DNA of 64,000 bases from Geosiphon pyriformis uo1 (GCA_016748015.1 JAAOMT010000602.1:881696-945695); one strand, 5' to 3'. Positions 12,658 through 25,054 are shown, counted from the first letter of the stretch. Numbers and translations: made by a program. The notes: generated from the letters alone by a model not told the origin.

Positions 12658-15600
12658 GTGGCAACCACACCAGACACAACAACTCTAAAGTATTATTAGT
12701 CAATTTACACTCACTGCAAGCAAAGATTCAACATCCCAGACGAAATTGAAGTTGTCAAGAAATCAGTATACCAATACATTGAAAATTGCATTAACAATTA
12801 TTTTTTTGGAAACTACAACATTTCAGAAATTAGAAGCAATCTCTACAATAATTTAGTGCACTATTCACAATTGGGAACAGAAGACCTGAACAGTAAAACA
12901 CTTGCTACTTACTTCCAAGAACTTAATTTTAATATTATTGAGTATTGTAAAGAAAAATACCCAGTACAGCCCAAATACTCTTTTAACTTTGAATCAGAAA
13001 CAGAGACAAGCAACAAAGACAAACAAAAAGTGAAACAATACTCAAGAACCACTCCAAACACTCCAATACTACCAAAGACAACTGCCAAACACTTGCAAAT
13101 ACCTGAACAAGAAACCAGTGTCAAATTACCACTTTCTATTACACCATTTTTAATTTCACTTGTTCAACCACAAACACCAAGTTCACTACTTAACCATTTC
13201 TCCAGACCAGAAGATTTTCAGTTACCTAGAAATTCTACTCAACAACAAGAACCAATATCAACAAATGCCAATATCATTGATTACTTACAGAAAAACGAAA
13301 ATAATCATTCAGAAAGCTTGGAAAGTGAAGAAACTGAATCAAAACCAGAAGAAATCACAGAAAATAAAGAAAAAATGACAACTGCTTATATTGCAAAAAT
13401 TCCAGAATTCACTGATAAAGACAATGATACCAGTCCTCAAGAATGGTTCGACAAAGTTCAAAAAGCAGGAGATACAAATGGTTGGAATGCAACAAGAATG
13501 CTCAAAGCAATTCCATACTTTTTCCAAGGAATTGCAGAAGAATGGTTTGAAAACTTAGAAGAACCATTTGAGAACTGGCAAGCATTCAAAAATGCTTTCT
13601 TACAATAATTCACTGACAACAACATCTTTATCACTCTCCGCAATCGCTTTCACAATATCAAACAAGAAACATCTAAAACTGTTATGACCTATCTTGGAAG
13701 ATTCAACAAACTTTTCAGATGAATTTGACAATTAGAAACCAATGACTACTATTCTAATGCTCAAATTCTAGATCAGTTTATAGCAGGATTAAAAGACAAA
13801 CTAATTAAGAAAGTCCACCCACATGCTCTAGCAAACTTAGCAACTGTCATTAGACATGCAAAGAGCTATGAAATAGCAATAGAAGAAGCAAATCACACCA
13901 AGCTTGTAAACCTTGCAATTAGAGAAACCAGCTTAGCAGCTGAAGAGAAAATAGACCAACTCACAAAAAAGGTTGAAAGCTACTTCACAAACCAACAACA
14001 ACAACAACAACAACCACAAAGATATCAACCCCTACAATAATACAACCAAAACAATTTTGGATCACCATTCAACAACCAACTTCAAAATTGTTATTATTGT
14101 GGAATTCCAGGACACTGGAAACAAGATTGCGGAAAACTACAAAAAGACCAACAAAACAGGAGTAATCAACATTACTCTTTACCACAACAATCTTATTACC
14201 AACCCCTATCACCAACTTATTATTCACCAAGATCACAAATTCAAAACAGCTATTATCAACCAGCTCCACAACTAATTCAACAACAATATCAGCAATCTTT
14301 ACCAATTCAGCAAATTCAGACACCATCCACTCAACAATATCAAGTACCAGCCAGAAGATTGGTTCAACATAACCAATTTACACCTTAAAATCAATTCAGT
14401 AATAATAACACCAGAATCAACCCAAACAACCAGTTGATTTCTCGAAATTCTGGTCAGCAAAGACCAAACCACTTTTACACACAACCAAGCTATTTAACAA
14501 TGCCAGAAGAATCGGATTTTCAACAAACTGCACTTTCTGAAAGTAGAAATGCAGCACTAAAATCAAATCTTTTCAATCATACCATTCCACCAGCTCAAAT
14601 TGCCCAAAATACCAATCTGTCAAATATATTTCTATTTGAATTTGAGGCAAATGAATCACCATTCTTGCTGAGTAATGCAGTGGTCAATGAATGGAAAGCA
14701 ATTACTGCTATGTACACAGAAGCTATAGTAGAAGGAAAATCTATTCACTTAATTCTAGATAGTGGATCTGCTGGAAATATTATCACTTATTAGCTGATGC
14801 AACAGCTCAAACAAAATGTAGACAGACCAGCTTAAACAGTTATTGTCACAGCTGATGGTATAAAGAAGACTCCAGTAGAAAAAATTGATGATTTCTCCTT
14901 TACAATTGATGGAATTACCATTCTAGTTAAAGTTCTTGTTATGGATGCACCCCAATACCAAGCTCTAGTCAGAAATAATTGGCTTCTCAAGGCCAATGCA
15001 AACCTGAACTGGGAAACTTAAGAACTTAAAATCTCATACCAAAGACAATATATCATAGTACTTGCAATCTGTGATACCTTTAACAAACAATCAAAAAAAG
15101 CTCCAGTATTTGAATTTGAGGAAGAGAAGGAAATGCCAATTACTAAAACTTACATGGCTCTTGGATTAACATCCAATTGGGCTGAAGAAACAAAACAAGA
15201 AATTTTTAAGGAAACAAGAAGATAGAAGAAGGTTCGGTATTCTACACTAGAACCACGAAAAGAACCACCATACATTCCACTGAAATACAAAGATTGTAAA
15301 AAGAAGCTTTCATCTATGGGAGTCTGTATTTGTCCAAAAAAAGAATACGAAACTTGCACTTACTATTTCTGCAAGGCATGCCATAGAGAACGATTTGGAT
15401 CCCCAAAAAGAAGTGGAAAATGGGACAATACACCTTGTCTTACATGTAGAGATATATTACCAAAAGAATGCAACTGGATTGATGTTGTAATGAAAGGAGG
15501 AGTATGTGATCAAACCTGTCAATATGCTCTATCAATTTTGGAAAAAGTCAGAAGAGAAACACCATTTGATGCAGCATACAATAGTGCTCTCAATAAACTT

Positions 15601-18280
15601 TACCACTACCCTTATGATGCTGAAATGATTTTTGACCTAGCAATGGCATTAATCAATAGAGCCACCCAAGAAAATGTCCACCAAATGAAAGAAGCTGAAT
15701 ACATTGAGTATACTATGGAATTAGCTGAATTTGATTATGAAAATAAAGTAGAAACCTATCACCAAATTACAAGCCACACATATCCAATTCAAGAAGCTCA
15801 AATTCAATAATTAGAGCAAATGAACATTCAATTGTGTAAAAAATGCATCATGCCTTGTGATGACAAATGGTGTCCAGAATGCTATGCTCTTAGCATTCCT
15901 CTGCCAAAGGAAAATAATAAAAATAAAATCGAATTTGGAGTATCTGAACTGGTAAAAGAACTACTAACCACCTCTATCTATCTTCTTGAAAAGCAACCAC
16001 CTCTACAACTTAAATATTTCGACAATCATGGCCAAGAAATCAGACCAGAAAAAGCACACAAAATTGATGCTGGATATGACCTAAGATACCCAGGAAAAGA
16101 TACTTTGGTTCTCTAACCAAAGTCTTTGACAAAAATCAATCTCAAAATCATTCTTGAAATTCCACCTGGAGCAATAATTCAAATTGTATCCAGATTATCA
16201 TTGGCAAGCAAAGGAATCAATGTTAAAGGAGGAGTTATAGATGCAAGATATACTGGAGACATTACCATCATGTTACAAAATGAAACAGACAAACCATTCA
16301 GGATTAAACATGCTGAGAAAATTGCCCAAGCAATTTACCTATCCCTAATCAACATTTCAGAGTTACAATCAGTTAAAAACAGAGAACAATTGGAAAAAAA
16401 TGAAAGAGAAACTCAAGGTTTTGGTTCAACTGGACAATTTACAGTTTCAGTAAACATAGTTCTTAATACACAGAATGAATCTTACCAGATTCTTCAACTT
16501 CCCCAACCAATTACTATTTCACCTTTTGGTAAACATCACGAAATTTACACTTGCTCAAAACCCACCACTACCCAACAAATCTTTGAATCCAATAAACAAA
16601 TTTGTTTAAAGCATGAAATCTTAATCCCAAACATTTATATTCCCAAAGAAATGAAAAAATTTTGAGTTATATTCTATAACTCCAATAATTACCCCATTGT
16701 TTTATTGAACAAACTAAAGATTGGAATCATACACAGTAACATTTTTCAAGATGGAAATCTTCAAATTGTTTCTAATTTCATCGAAATTATAAGACATACA
16801 CTATTTCCAAATCCAAACATTATTTTTACTACTGAAAACTACCACCTTTTGGAAGAAAAACTCTCTCAAATCAACATGAGTTCCTTGGAACCTCAACAAC
16901 AAAGACAATTGAAACAATTAATAACTGAATTTGCAGATATATTTGCAAAAAACAACAATGACCTTGGAAAAACGGATATTGTTCAACACCAAATTTATAC
17001 AGAAGATGCTCCACCAAAATGACAACAAACCTATTGAGTTCCACCTGCTAGCCACCAATTTATTAGAGAAGAGGTCCAAAGAATGCTTAATAACAGATTA
17101 ATTCAACCATCAAGAAGTCCATGGGCCTCACCAATAGTTCTTGTCAAAAAAAAAAACGGAAAAATCAGATTCTGTGTTGATTATCGACAATTAAATAGTG
17201 TCACAATTGGAGATGCCTACCCTTTCCCAAGAATTGATGACATGTTAGATGCTTTAGGAAAAGCCAAGTTCTTCTCAACTTTAGACTTGGAAAGTGGATA
17301 CTGGCAAGTCGAAATGGACCTAAAAGATAGACCCAAAACAGCATTTACCACCTAAGGAGGAAACTATGAGTTCAATATTATGCCTTTTAAACTCTGCAAT
17401 GCACCAGCAACATTCCAACAACTCATGGATGTTGTATATGAAGGACTCTTATGGCAATCAGTAGTTGTTTACCTTGATAACACTAATGTGTACTCACCAA
17501 GCTTTGAAGTCTATCTTATTCACCTGCGAGAAGTTTTTCAATGATTACAGAAAGCAGGATTGAAGTTGAATATTGAGAAATGTCACTTTAGAAAAACAAG
17601 CTTAATCTTTCTTGGACACATAGTTAGCAAAGATGGAGTCAAACCAAATCCTGAAACAATTAGTGCTGTCAAAAACTTTCAAACTCCCAAAAATACCACA
17701 GAACTAAAAGAATTTGTAGAATTAGCCTTCTACTATCAGAAATTCATAAAGAGATTCTCAGAAATTGTCAAACCACTTAATTATTTTACCAACAAAAATG
17801 TGCCATACAAATGGACAGAAGAACAACAAAAAGCTTTTGAAACCCTCAAAACAAGATTAACAACAGCCCCAGTTCTTGTTTACCCAAACTTCAACAAACA
17901 ATTCCAACTAGCCACTAATGCTTCACACATAGCTTTTAGTGCCATCCTATCACAATTGGATGAAAATGGCCAGAAACAAGTCATTGTCTATGCTAGTAGA
18001 ACACTCAAGCCAACAGAACTCAAATATGGCTCAACAGAACTAGAAGCTGCCACAGTCATTTGGGCTCTCAAACACTTTTAACAATACCTAAAGAATAGAA
18101 AAGAGTTTGACATAATAACTGACAATATTGGCCTCAAAGACTCAATAAAAAAAAACTGAACAAAGTGCCAAACAGTTTCGATGGAATGACTTCCTAGCAG
18201 ACTACAGATATATTGTACACCACAAACCAGAAAAACTATATATCAATGTTGATAGCCTCTTAAAAATAAAACAAGATTAA
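12658..18280 (+). pseudogene. B1 Gag-PR-Cys-rich-dUTPase-RT-RNaseH polyprotein (one frame, broken by stops)
   Basis: ORF pieces at 12856, 14434, 15316, 15820, 16126, 16705, 17083 and 17560 are all in the same frame. Motifs: CYYCGIPGHWKQDC knuckle, LILDSGS protease, SPWASP..RFCVDYR..LDLESGYWQ..YLD(N) RT, AT(D)AS..ELE RNase H. Confidence 0.95.
16050..16434 (+). pseudogene. dUTPase domain in B1 pol
   Basis: All five trimeric dUTPase motifs: AHKIDAGYDL, SR(S)SLA, GGVIDARYTGDI, EKIAQAI, R.TQGFGSTG. Confidence 0.93.
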
Positions 18281-18337
18281 TACCAACAACAATTTTACTA
18301 CAACTTATCAACCTACCAACAAAATAACCAAACAAAA

Positions 18338-19722
18338 ATGGATCCCAGAAATTACAGCAATCTTAAAAATTATTTGAAAATTCTTACCATGCCAGAAAAC
18401 TGGTCTCCAAATGAAAACATTGTTTACAACACCAATCAAAACAATATTTTATACACTACAACAGAATTTATTACAAAAATCATAAAAACCCAAACCAACT
18501 ATTCAGACTAATACAAGAAAATGAAAAAAAAACAATTCTATACAACATGTACACAGATCCTTCTTCAGCACATTTGGGAAGAGATGGAACAATTCAAAGA
18601 ACTCTTGAACATTATTTTTGGCCTCAAATGCAAAAAGACATTTGACAATATATAGAATCTTATGATAGTTGTCAAAGAAGAGAAGAAATTCACCCCACAG
18701 AACTTTTAAATCCAATCAAAGTTGGACAATTTTTTGACAGAGTTGGAATTGATTTAGTCGGACCATTACCCATCACAACCCAAGGAAATTGTTATATTGC
18801 AGTTGCAGTAGATTATTTTACCAAATGGCCTGAAGCTAAAGCCATTCAAAAAGCAGATGCAAAATTAGTAGCAAATTTCATCTATGAAGACATTATTTGT
18901 AGACATAGATGCCCAATTGAACTCTTATCTGATCAAAGAACACATTTTGTGAACAACTTAATACATGAAATTTGTGAACAATTTAATGTCAAAAGATCTC
19001 TATCATTACTTTATTATCCTCAAACAAATGAATTTGTAGAACGTTTCAACAGAACATTGTGTGAATCTCTAGCCAAAGTCTTAACAGACTTTGAACAGGA
19101 ATGGAATATCTTTATTCCATTAGTGTTACTAGCATACAGAACACTAAAACAAAATACTACAAAACACACACCATTTGATTTAACTTATGGAAGGACAGCA
19201 ACATTACCAATTAATTTCACAGTAGAAACATACCCTGTGCAACCAATTAATAAAGAAAACTTTCAAGAAACACTCCAAAAAAGAGCCTACACTCTTCTTA
19301 GTACACTAGAAGGAAAAAGAAAAATAGCAGCAACTCATATTGAACATTTCCAAGCTCAACAAAAAGAAAGACATGACAATAAACTACCACTTATAACCAA
19401 CAAATTTAAAATTGGAAATAAAGTTCTCTTAGACAGAACTAAGACTGAAAAACAATGGAGTGGAAAATTTGAAAACAAATAGGATGGACCATTTTATATT
19501 CACGAAATTCTAGGCAATGGATCATACAAGTTAAGACTTAATAACAAAGTACTAGCAAAAGTTGCACATAGAGATAGATTGAAACACTATTATTTCAGAA
19601 ACAATCCTGAACTATTAATTCCACAAATTGATACACATTCCTCTTTAATTAATTCTGAAAATATTCCCCAAAATTTAGAACCAATAATTATAATAAAACA
19701 ACAACCAAACTTAAATACTTAA
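18338..19722 (+). pseudogene. B1 integrase (own ATG after the pol stop)
   Basis: HHCC remnant, GIDLVGP..DYFTKWPE, SDQ.THF, VERFNRTL, GPF module. Confidence 0.92.
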
Positions 19723-19863
19723 TTCAACATAATCTTTTAATAACACACAAAAGACAAAAATAATAAATAATTACAAAACACCCAAAACCCAAAAACAAAT
19801 AAAACCCCAGACCCAAAAATATTTTTTTTTATTCTTCCTTTTTATTAATTAGTCAATTTTATC

Positions 19864-20571
19864 ATGATTATTCCTCGAAATATTCAACAAATATCCCAAA
19901 AATTAATGTTAGCCTTGAAAACACTTCCTGACTTATCCATAACAATTAATGGAAGTTAAATTAATTACATTCAAAAAGAAACCACAGCCCCAGTAATAAA
20001 TAATTCTCAGAACTACCACCCTTATAGAAGAAAAACAAGAAGTCACTCTGAGAATAGGTTACCAGAACTTTTGAAACAGACATTAAAAGAAAACTTTTTA
20101 TCTGCCTCTATTGACATTTTACCAAATGCCACAACACAACAAAAACTTCTACTATTACTTAATGAACAGAACAATTAACATACTCTCATATTTAAATATT
20201 TCTGCATTGGAAAAACACTTTATAAATGAAAACTAAAACTTGAAGCAACAAATACCACCCCAGAAGCCATATAAAAACAAATTCACAATGAATTCAAGAC
20301 AGCAGCTGGATCAACAAACACTCGCTACAAACTTAGAGCAGCTCTTAGACTCTATAATTTGTTTAATACTTGTGAAAACGTCTTACAAAGCCCAATACTT
20401 TAACCATTGAAAATACAATACATTGAAAAGCTCACAAAACTGAAATTTCAACAATTTTCAGAGCAAATCACTTCAATCATCTTGGATTACTATCTTGCCA
20501 TTACAGATAGTGCTTGGATTTTGACAGAACTCAGTCTTGAGGAAGAAGTTATGTTACCAATAGAATTTTAG
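19864..20571 (+). pseudogene. B1 extra ORF3 (236 codons, with stops)
   Basis: Same 708-nt length and sequence as the intact B3 ORF 40902-41609; runs through the PPT into the LTR. Confidence 0.85.
20539..20548 (+). promoter_or_regulatory. Polypurine tract of B1
   Basis: GAGGAAGAAG, 3 nt before the 3' LTR. Confidence 0.8.
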
Positions 20572-21528
20572 CTATTAATTAGCATGAAATTATCCTTATA
20601 ATTCCTATCATTAATTAACATATTAATATCAATTCAAATTATTACTTATTATTTAATCAATTTATCACATATCACAATTTAATTAATAATCCAATTAATA
20701 CAACAGAAAGTAAGATAATCAAATTACACAATACCCTGAACTTTGTAACATTCTAAAATTCACCGAAATTTACAGAAATTCACTGAAATTTATATGAAAT
20801 TTGCCAAAATTTATAGAAATTTGCCGAAATTATGAATAGTTCACCCAAATTAATCAATAGTTCAGTGAAATAACTTGTAGTTTATCAAAATGTATCTTTA
20901 GTTCACCAAAATTTGAGCAAAGAGAAAAAGTGCAAGTTTATAGACTAGTACTACAACAAGTTGTATCTTACTTTAGATTTATCACTTAAAACCATTTCTA
21001 CATACACAAAAAAAAATAAATATCAAATAAATCAAAAAACCAAATTCTTTAATTATTGCACTTGGAAAATCCCCAAAACCCAACTAATGTTTTGAAATTG
21101 ATTAGCTACCAATTTCAGTAAACTGTTAGTAACTTCAGGTCTGGATAGAAAACGTTTCCCTTAACAGAATTCTATTTCTTTTACATTTTTTTTATTTTCT
21201 TGTATTTTTTTATTACAATTATTAAGGTAGCCTACAGACAAGATTTCTGTAGAAGAGTTGACTTTCACAGCAAAGTAACTACACATTTTTAGTGAGCTTC
21301 CAGACAAGCAATTTCTGGGAAAGAGTTGACATTTACTACAACGTAACTACATAAAGTAACTGGCACAGAATTGGCTATTCCACTTATAAGCCCAGCAATT
21401 CAAATTATAGAAGATAATTTGAAGATAAATTCAGTTACTGGAGGTCCAACTACTTCTAGAAAACGTGAATTTACAACAAACAAACATTAACAACATTTAA
21501 GAAAAGAGACCAAAAACCTCTAGTAACA
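20552..21528 (+). repeat. B1 3' LTR
   Basis: Direct repeat of 11636-12612. Confidence 0.97.
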
Positions 21529-24018
21529 GCATCAAGAAAGTACATGTAAGTACAGGATCAATTCTCACTTTATTTCCAAAAGTAGTCACACAGAATCTCA
21601 AGCCAGTATTTTTTTTTTCTTTGCTATTGGTGCTTTCATTGGCAATACAATTTGGGTTAATAGTAATTAGAGTGCTACTCAACACATTCTTGATGTTGCT
21701 AGTGAGTTTTTCTGGATTAATAACATTTTTATTAACAATAATAAAACAGTGGCCATTTTCATTAACAGCAGAATCAGCAATCCTTCTCTTCTTATTAGTA
21801 GTGTGCCCATCTTTATTACCAAAAAGGGGGAGTCTCATTAGTATTTGGGTATTTTTTTTCAACTGAGGGTCTTTCAAAGCCTAGTTTAGCTAAGATGCAT
21901 TCAGATGTTTGTTTTTTTACCAATCTGGTTTTGAAAAAAGCTGTAACAGATAAGCAGTTCTTGTATTTAGTGTTAGTGGTTTTCTATCCTATTGTCAGTT
22001 ACAAAACTCAGTTTAACTTTGTTCCTGTTGGTGTGTGCAATAAGTAGGATGCTCTAATTCATAAAAGCTTGAAACTTAAGTCTAGTCTGTCTCTCAACTT
22101 TTCTGGTGATATGTTATATTACATCTCATTTTATGGTCTAAAGTCCTTCTTGCAAATTCAATTTAAAAGTAAGATTGCTTCACTTGTAAGTCTTGTAAAC
22201 TCTGGTGGGGTTTTGGGTTGCTTGTTCTCTCACCAGTCACATGACTTGCAGGTTCAATGTTGGTGCCCTGTTTATCTATTGGTTTCTCTTGTTTGTACTT
22301 ATATCAATGTCTCTAATAATTTTCTGGCGGACTTGGTTCATATTCTTCTTAATTGTAATTTATCTCTGAGTGGCCCTTTGGCCAATTCTTTTCAGTTATG
22401 TGATGGAGTGCCCATGTTAGTTGTTTTGGATAAGTCAAAGTTTGTCAAGTTTCTCTTTTCTTTTTGGCAATATGGTATTGCTTTTGTGAATCAACTTTGT
22501 GATCATCATGGTGCTGTTTTTGATTGGTACATCTTTAAGCAGTGGAAAAGATTGGACCTACGTAGTTCTGTTCTGGAGTGGTTCAAGCTGTCCACTACAT
22601 TTCTCAATGATGTAATCTTGTCTCTGACTTATTCCTTGGCTGTGTATGATGGTAGTTCTTCAGACATTCTTGGGTCTAGTGACTTTGTGTCTGTTTGTGA
22701 TCATTTTTTGCAGGTTGATAATGGCATTTTATTTGTGTACACAGATAGATCCTTGAAGAATCTGGGCACAGCTAGCTGTAGAGCTGGTGCTGTCACCTTT
22801 TTTGAGAACATTGGTTTGGGTTTGAGTGTTGGTGTGTTAGATTTGATGTCTTCTACTTTGGCTAAGTTACAAGCTATTGCTTTGGCTTTAGAGTGTGTTC
22901 TCTTATCTAGTTCTATTAACCTGTTTTTGGATAGTCAATCTGCTTTAGATGCTTACAAGTCAGAACTGGGTCTGATGTGTTCTGATTTTTGTAATCAGTG
23001 TTGGGTTGAGTGTCAACATATCGTTAATGTTATTTGTAATAAGAATTTGAGGGTTAGTTGGCACAAGGTAAAAGGCCATTCTGGTGTTTTGGAAAATGAA
23101 CATGCTGACATAATTACTGGTGCTGCCTTTCTTTTGGGCTGGTGTTTTCCTTCTCACTTGGATGAACATTTTATTGTGTCTGATTATAGTATAGTTTCTG
23201 GCAATTCTAGGCACTTTGTTTGTGATATCTATTGTTCCATTTGTCATATATGTTGAGAGATTGGTTCTGATTCGAGGTTTTTGGAGGGTGGTTTGCTTTC
23301 TGATGTTGATTAGATCCACCTCTTATTGATATGGCATTCTAATTTGCACATGGCTACTGGTTTTACTAGCCGATCCTCAGCTAATGCACACACGTACTTT
23401 ATGAAAGCTTTATATTATTGCTTGCCCATTGCCATTTGAAAACATCTTTATAGTAGACTGTATTTCAGTATGTTGTGCTTGTATTGTGATAAAGTGGAGG
23501 TGTCAGATTATGCATTTTCTTGTAAGGTTAACAAATTTGCCTGCTATCAGTTATTGGACTCCTACGTGAATTCTTAGAAAACACTTTTGGGCTTTGCTCA
23601 TTTTTCTTCATGTGTTTTGCAGTTGTTATTGTCCTGTTCTTTTGATTTTTCTGTATCTATGGCTCTTTTCAAGGGTTTTGTTTTTGATGATTGATTCTGC
23701 AAAGCTGTTTCCATTTTCCACAATCCTAAAATTGCTAGTGTAGAGGTTGTTAAATTTGTGTGCTCTTTCAGTATGGTTTTTAGGAATAATATCTGATTAG
23801 TTTGCACTAAACACCACACCTATATGAAAAAGAATGATTTAATTCTTCTTAATGGTTCAACACTTGTTCCAGTTTCTGGTTTGGCTTCAGGGTTTTCTGC
23901 TGGTGTATTAAAACTGTTTGGCATTATTGATGCTTTTGGTATGTATTTTGGTTTTTACAAATCTTGTTCATTTTTTTCAGGTGTTAGTGGCTTAGTGTCA
24001 ATTCATATAGCTGCATAG
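21529..24018 (+). pseudogene. LINE2 ORF2, 3' part (RT C-half, RNase H, C-terminal Zn finger)
   Basis: YLGIF RT motif; RNase H YTD(G)S..A(E)LQAIALAL..DSQ..WHKVKGHSG..NE.AD in ORF 22069-23256; CLYC..E...F.C. Confidence 0.9.
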
Positions 24019-24146
24019 TGTTGTCTTAATTGGCCTGAATGGCTGGTCACATGTAAAAAGTGCATAATTTACACCTAGTTTAAATTATTTCTTTGATATA
24101 TAGCACTAGGCTGTGTTTGAATCTTATTCAATAAAAAAAAAAAAAA

Positions 24147-25050
24147 TCTTAGTAATAATAATATATTATCAAAAAAAACTGTATAACAAATCAGAATTTT
24201 TTGGTTAAAAAAAATTTAAAATTTAAAGCCAATTTTTTTAAAAAATTTTTAATAAAATATTATATTATTTTTTATTGTATAATTTAAAATTTTTTTAAAT
24301 AATTATAATGTAAAAATAAAATTATATTAATAAAATTTTTAAATTTTAATATTATTTTAAACACTTTTTAAATACAAACTTATAAATTTACAAGTTTAAA
24401 ATAAAAAGTTTCAAATTTATTAATATATTTTTGTTTAAAGATTAATCTTTTAAAATACTTTTTGGTTAAAATTTTTTGTATTATTTGTTTTTAAATAATA
24501 TTTATAAATGTTTTTTTTGGTTGTAAAAGCACTTTTTTGCCTAAAATTCTAGAAAATTTTAAGTATTTTTTAATAAAATAATTTTTAAAACATTTTAAAA
24601 AATTAATTTTTAAATAAAAAAATTTTATTTTTAACTAAAACATATTTTATTAATAAAAAGGCTTGATTTATATGGTTTTGTGCCTATTTAAAATAGTTAA
24701 TTTATTTGATTTATTAATTATGTTTTTTATAATTAAAATAATTTGAATTTTTTAAATTTAAAAATTAGTATTTATTTATTAAATATGTATTTATTAAAAC
24801 TTTTTGTTTATATAAATAAATTATTAAAAAAATTTAGTATATTTAAAATTATAAATAATATTACAGTTTTTTATTTAAATATTGATTTAAATATAAAAAT
24901 TATTAATTTGTTATTTTTTATAATAATAAAGCTTTATATTATTGTTTTAATTTTAAAATATTGTTTTATTTAATAATAATATAAATTTTTTTAAATAGCT
25001 ATATTGTTTTGAATACTTTTTAATTAAAACTGTTTTTGAATATACTTAAT
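24147..25050 (+). pseudogene. Extremely eroded LINE ORF2 relic (LINE0), target of LINE2; continues left at ~6260-6339
   Basis: Translates near LKFKANF..NF...LYY..LYNLK.F.....KI, matching LKLKSSL.LNF..DMLYY..FYGLKSF of LINE2; almost no G/C left. Confidence 0.55.
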
Positions 25051-25054
25051 TTTT

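Larger units (their letters stand above)
11636..21528 (+). mobile_element. Complete Ty3/Gypsy element, family B copy B1 (9.9 kb)
   Basis: Two 977-bp LTRs, TSD GCAT at 11632-11635 and 21529-21532, PBS, PPT, gag-pol, IN and ORF3. Confidence 0.97.
6340..24146 (+). mobile_element. Full-length LINE (LINE2), APE-RT-RNaseH-Zn, interrupted by a solo LTR and Gypsy B1
   Basis: TSD TCTTAGTAA at 6331-6339 and 24147-24155; AATAAA plus poly(A) at 24130-24146; ORF1 and ORF2 fragments. Confidence 0.92.

Noticed and set aside
13973-14484. Alternative-frame and antisense ORFs over gag (also 30475-31075 and 46111-46700) and other short minus-strand ORFs
   Set aside because: Shadows of the CAA-rich Gln/Pro region and of decayed TE frames.
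19500-19722. Chromodomain at the integrase C-terminus
   Set aside because: Only a GPF module and a short low-complexity tail; no chromodomain aromatic pattern.
24743-24973. 76-aa hydrophobic ORF
   Set aside because: I/L/K/N/F composition simply reflects extreme AT richness of an eroded LINE relic.
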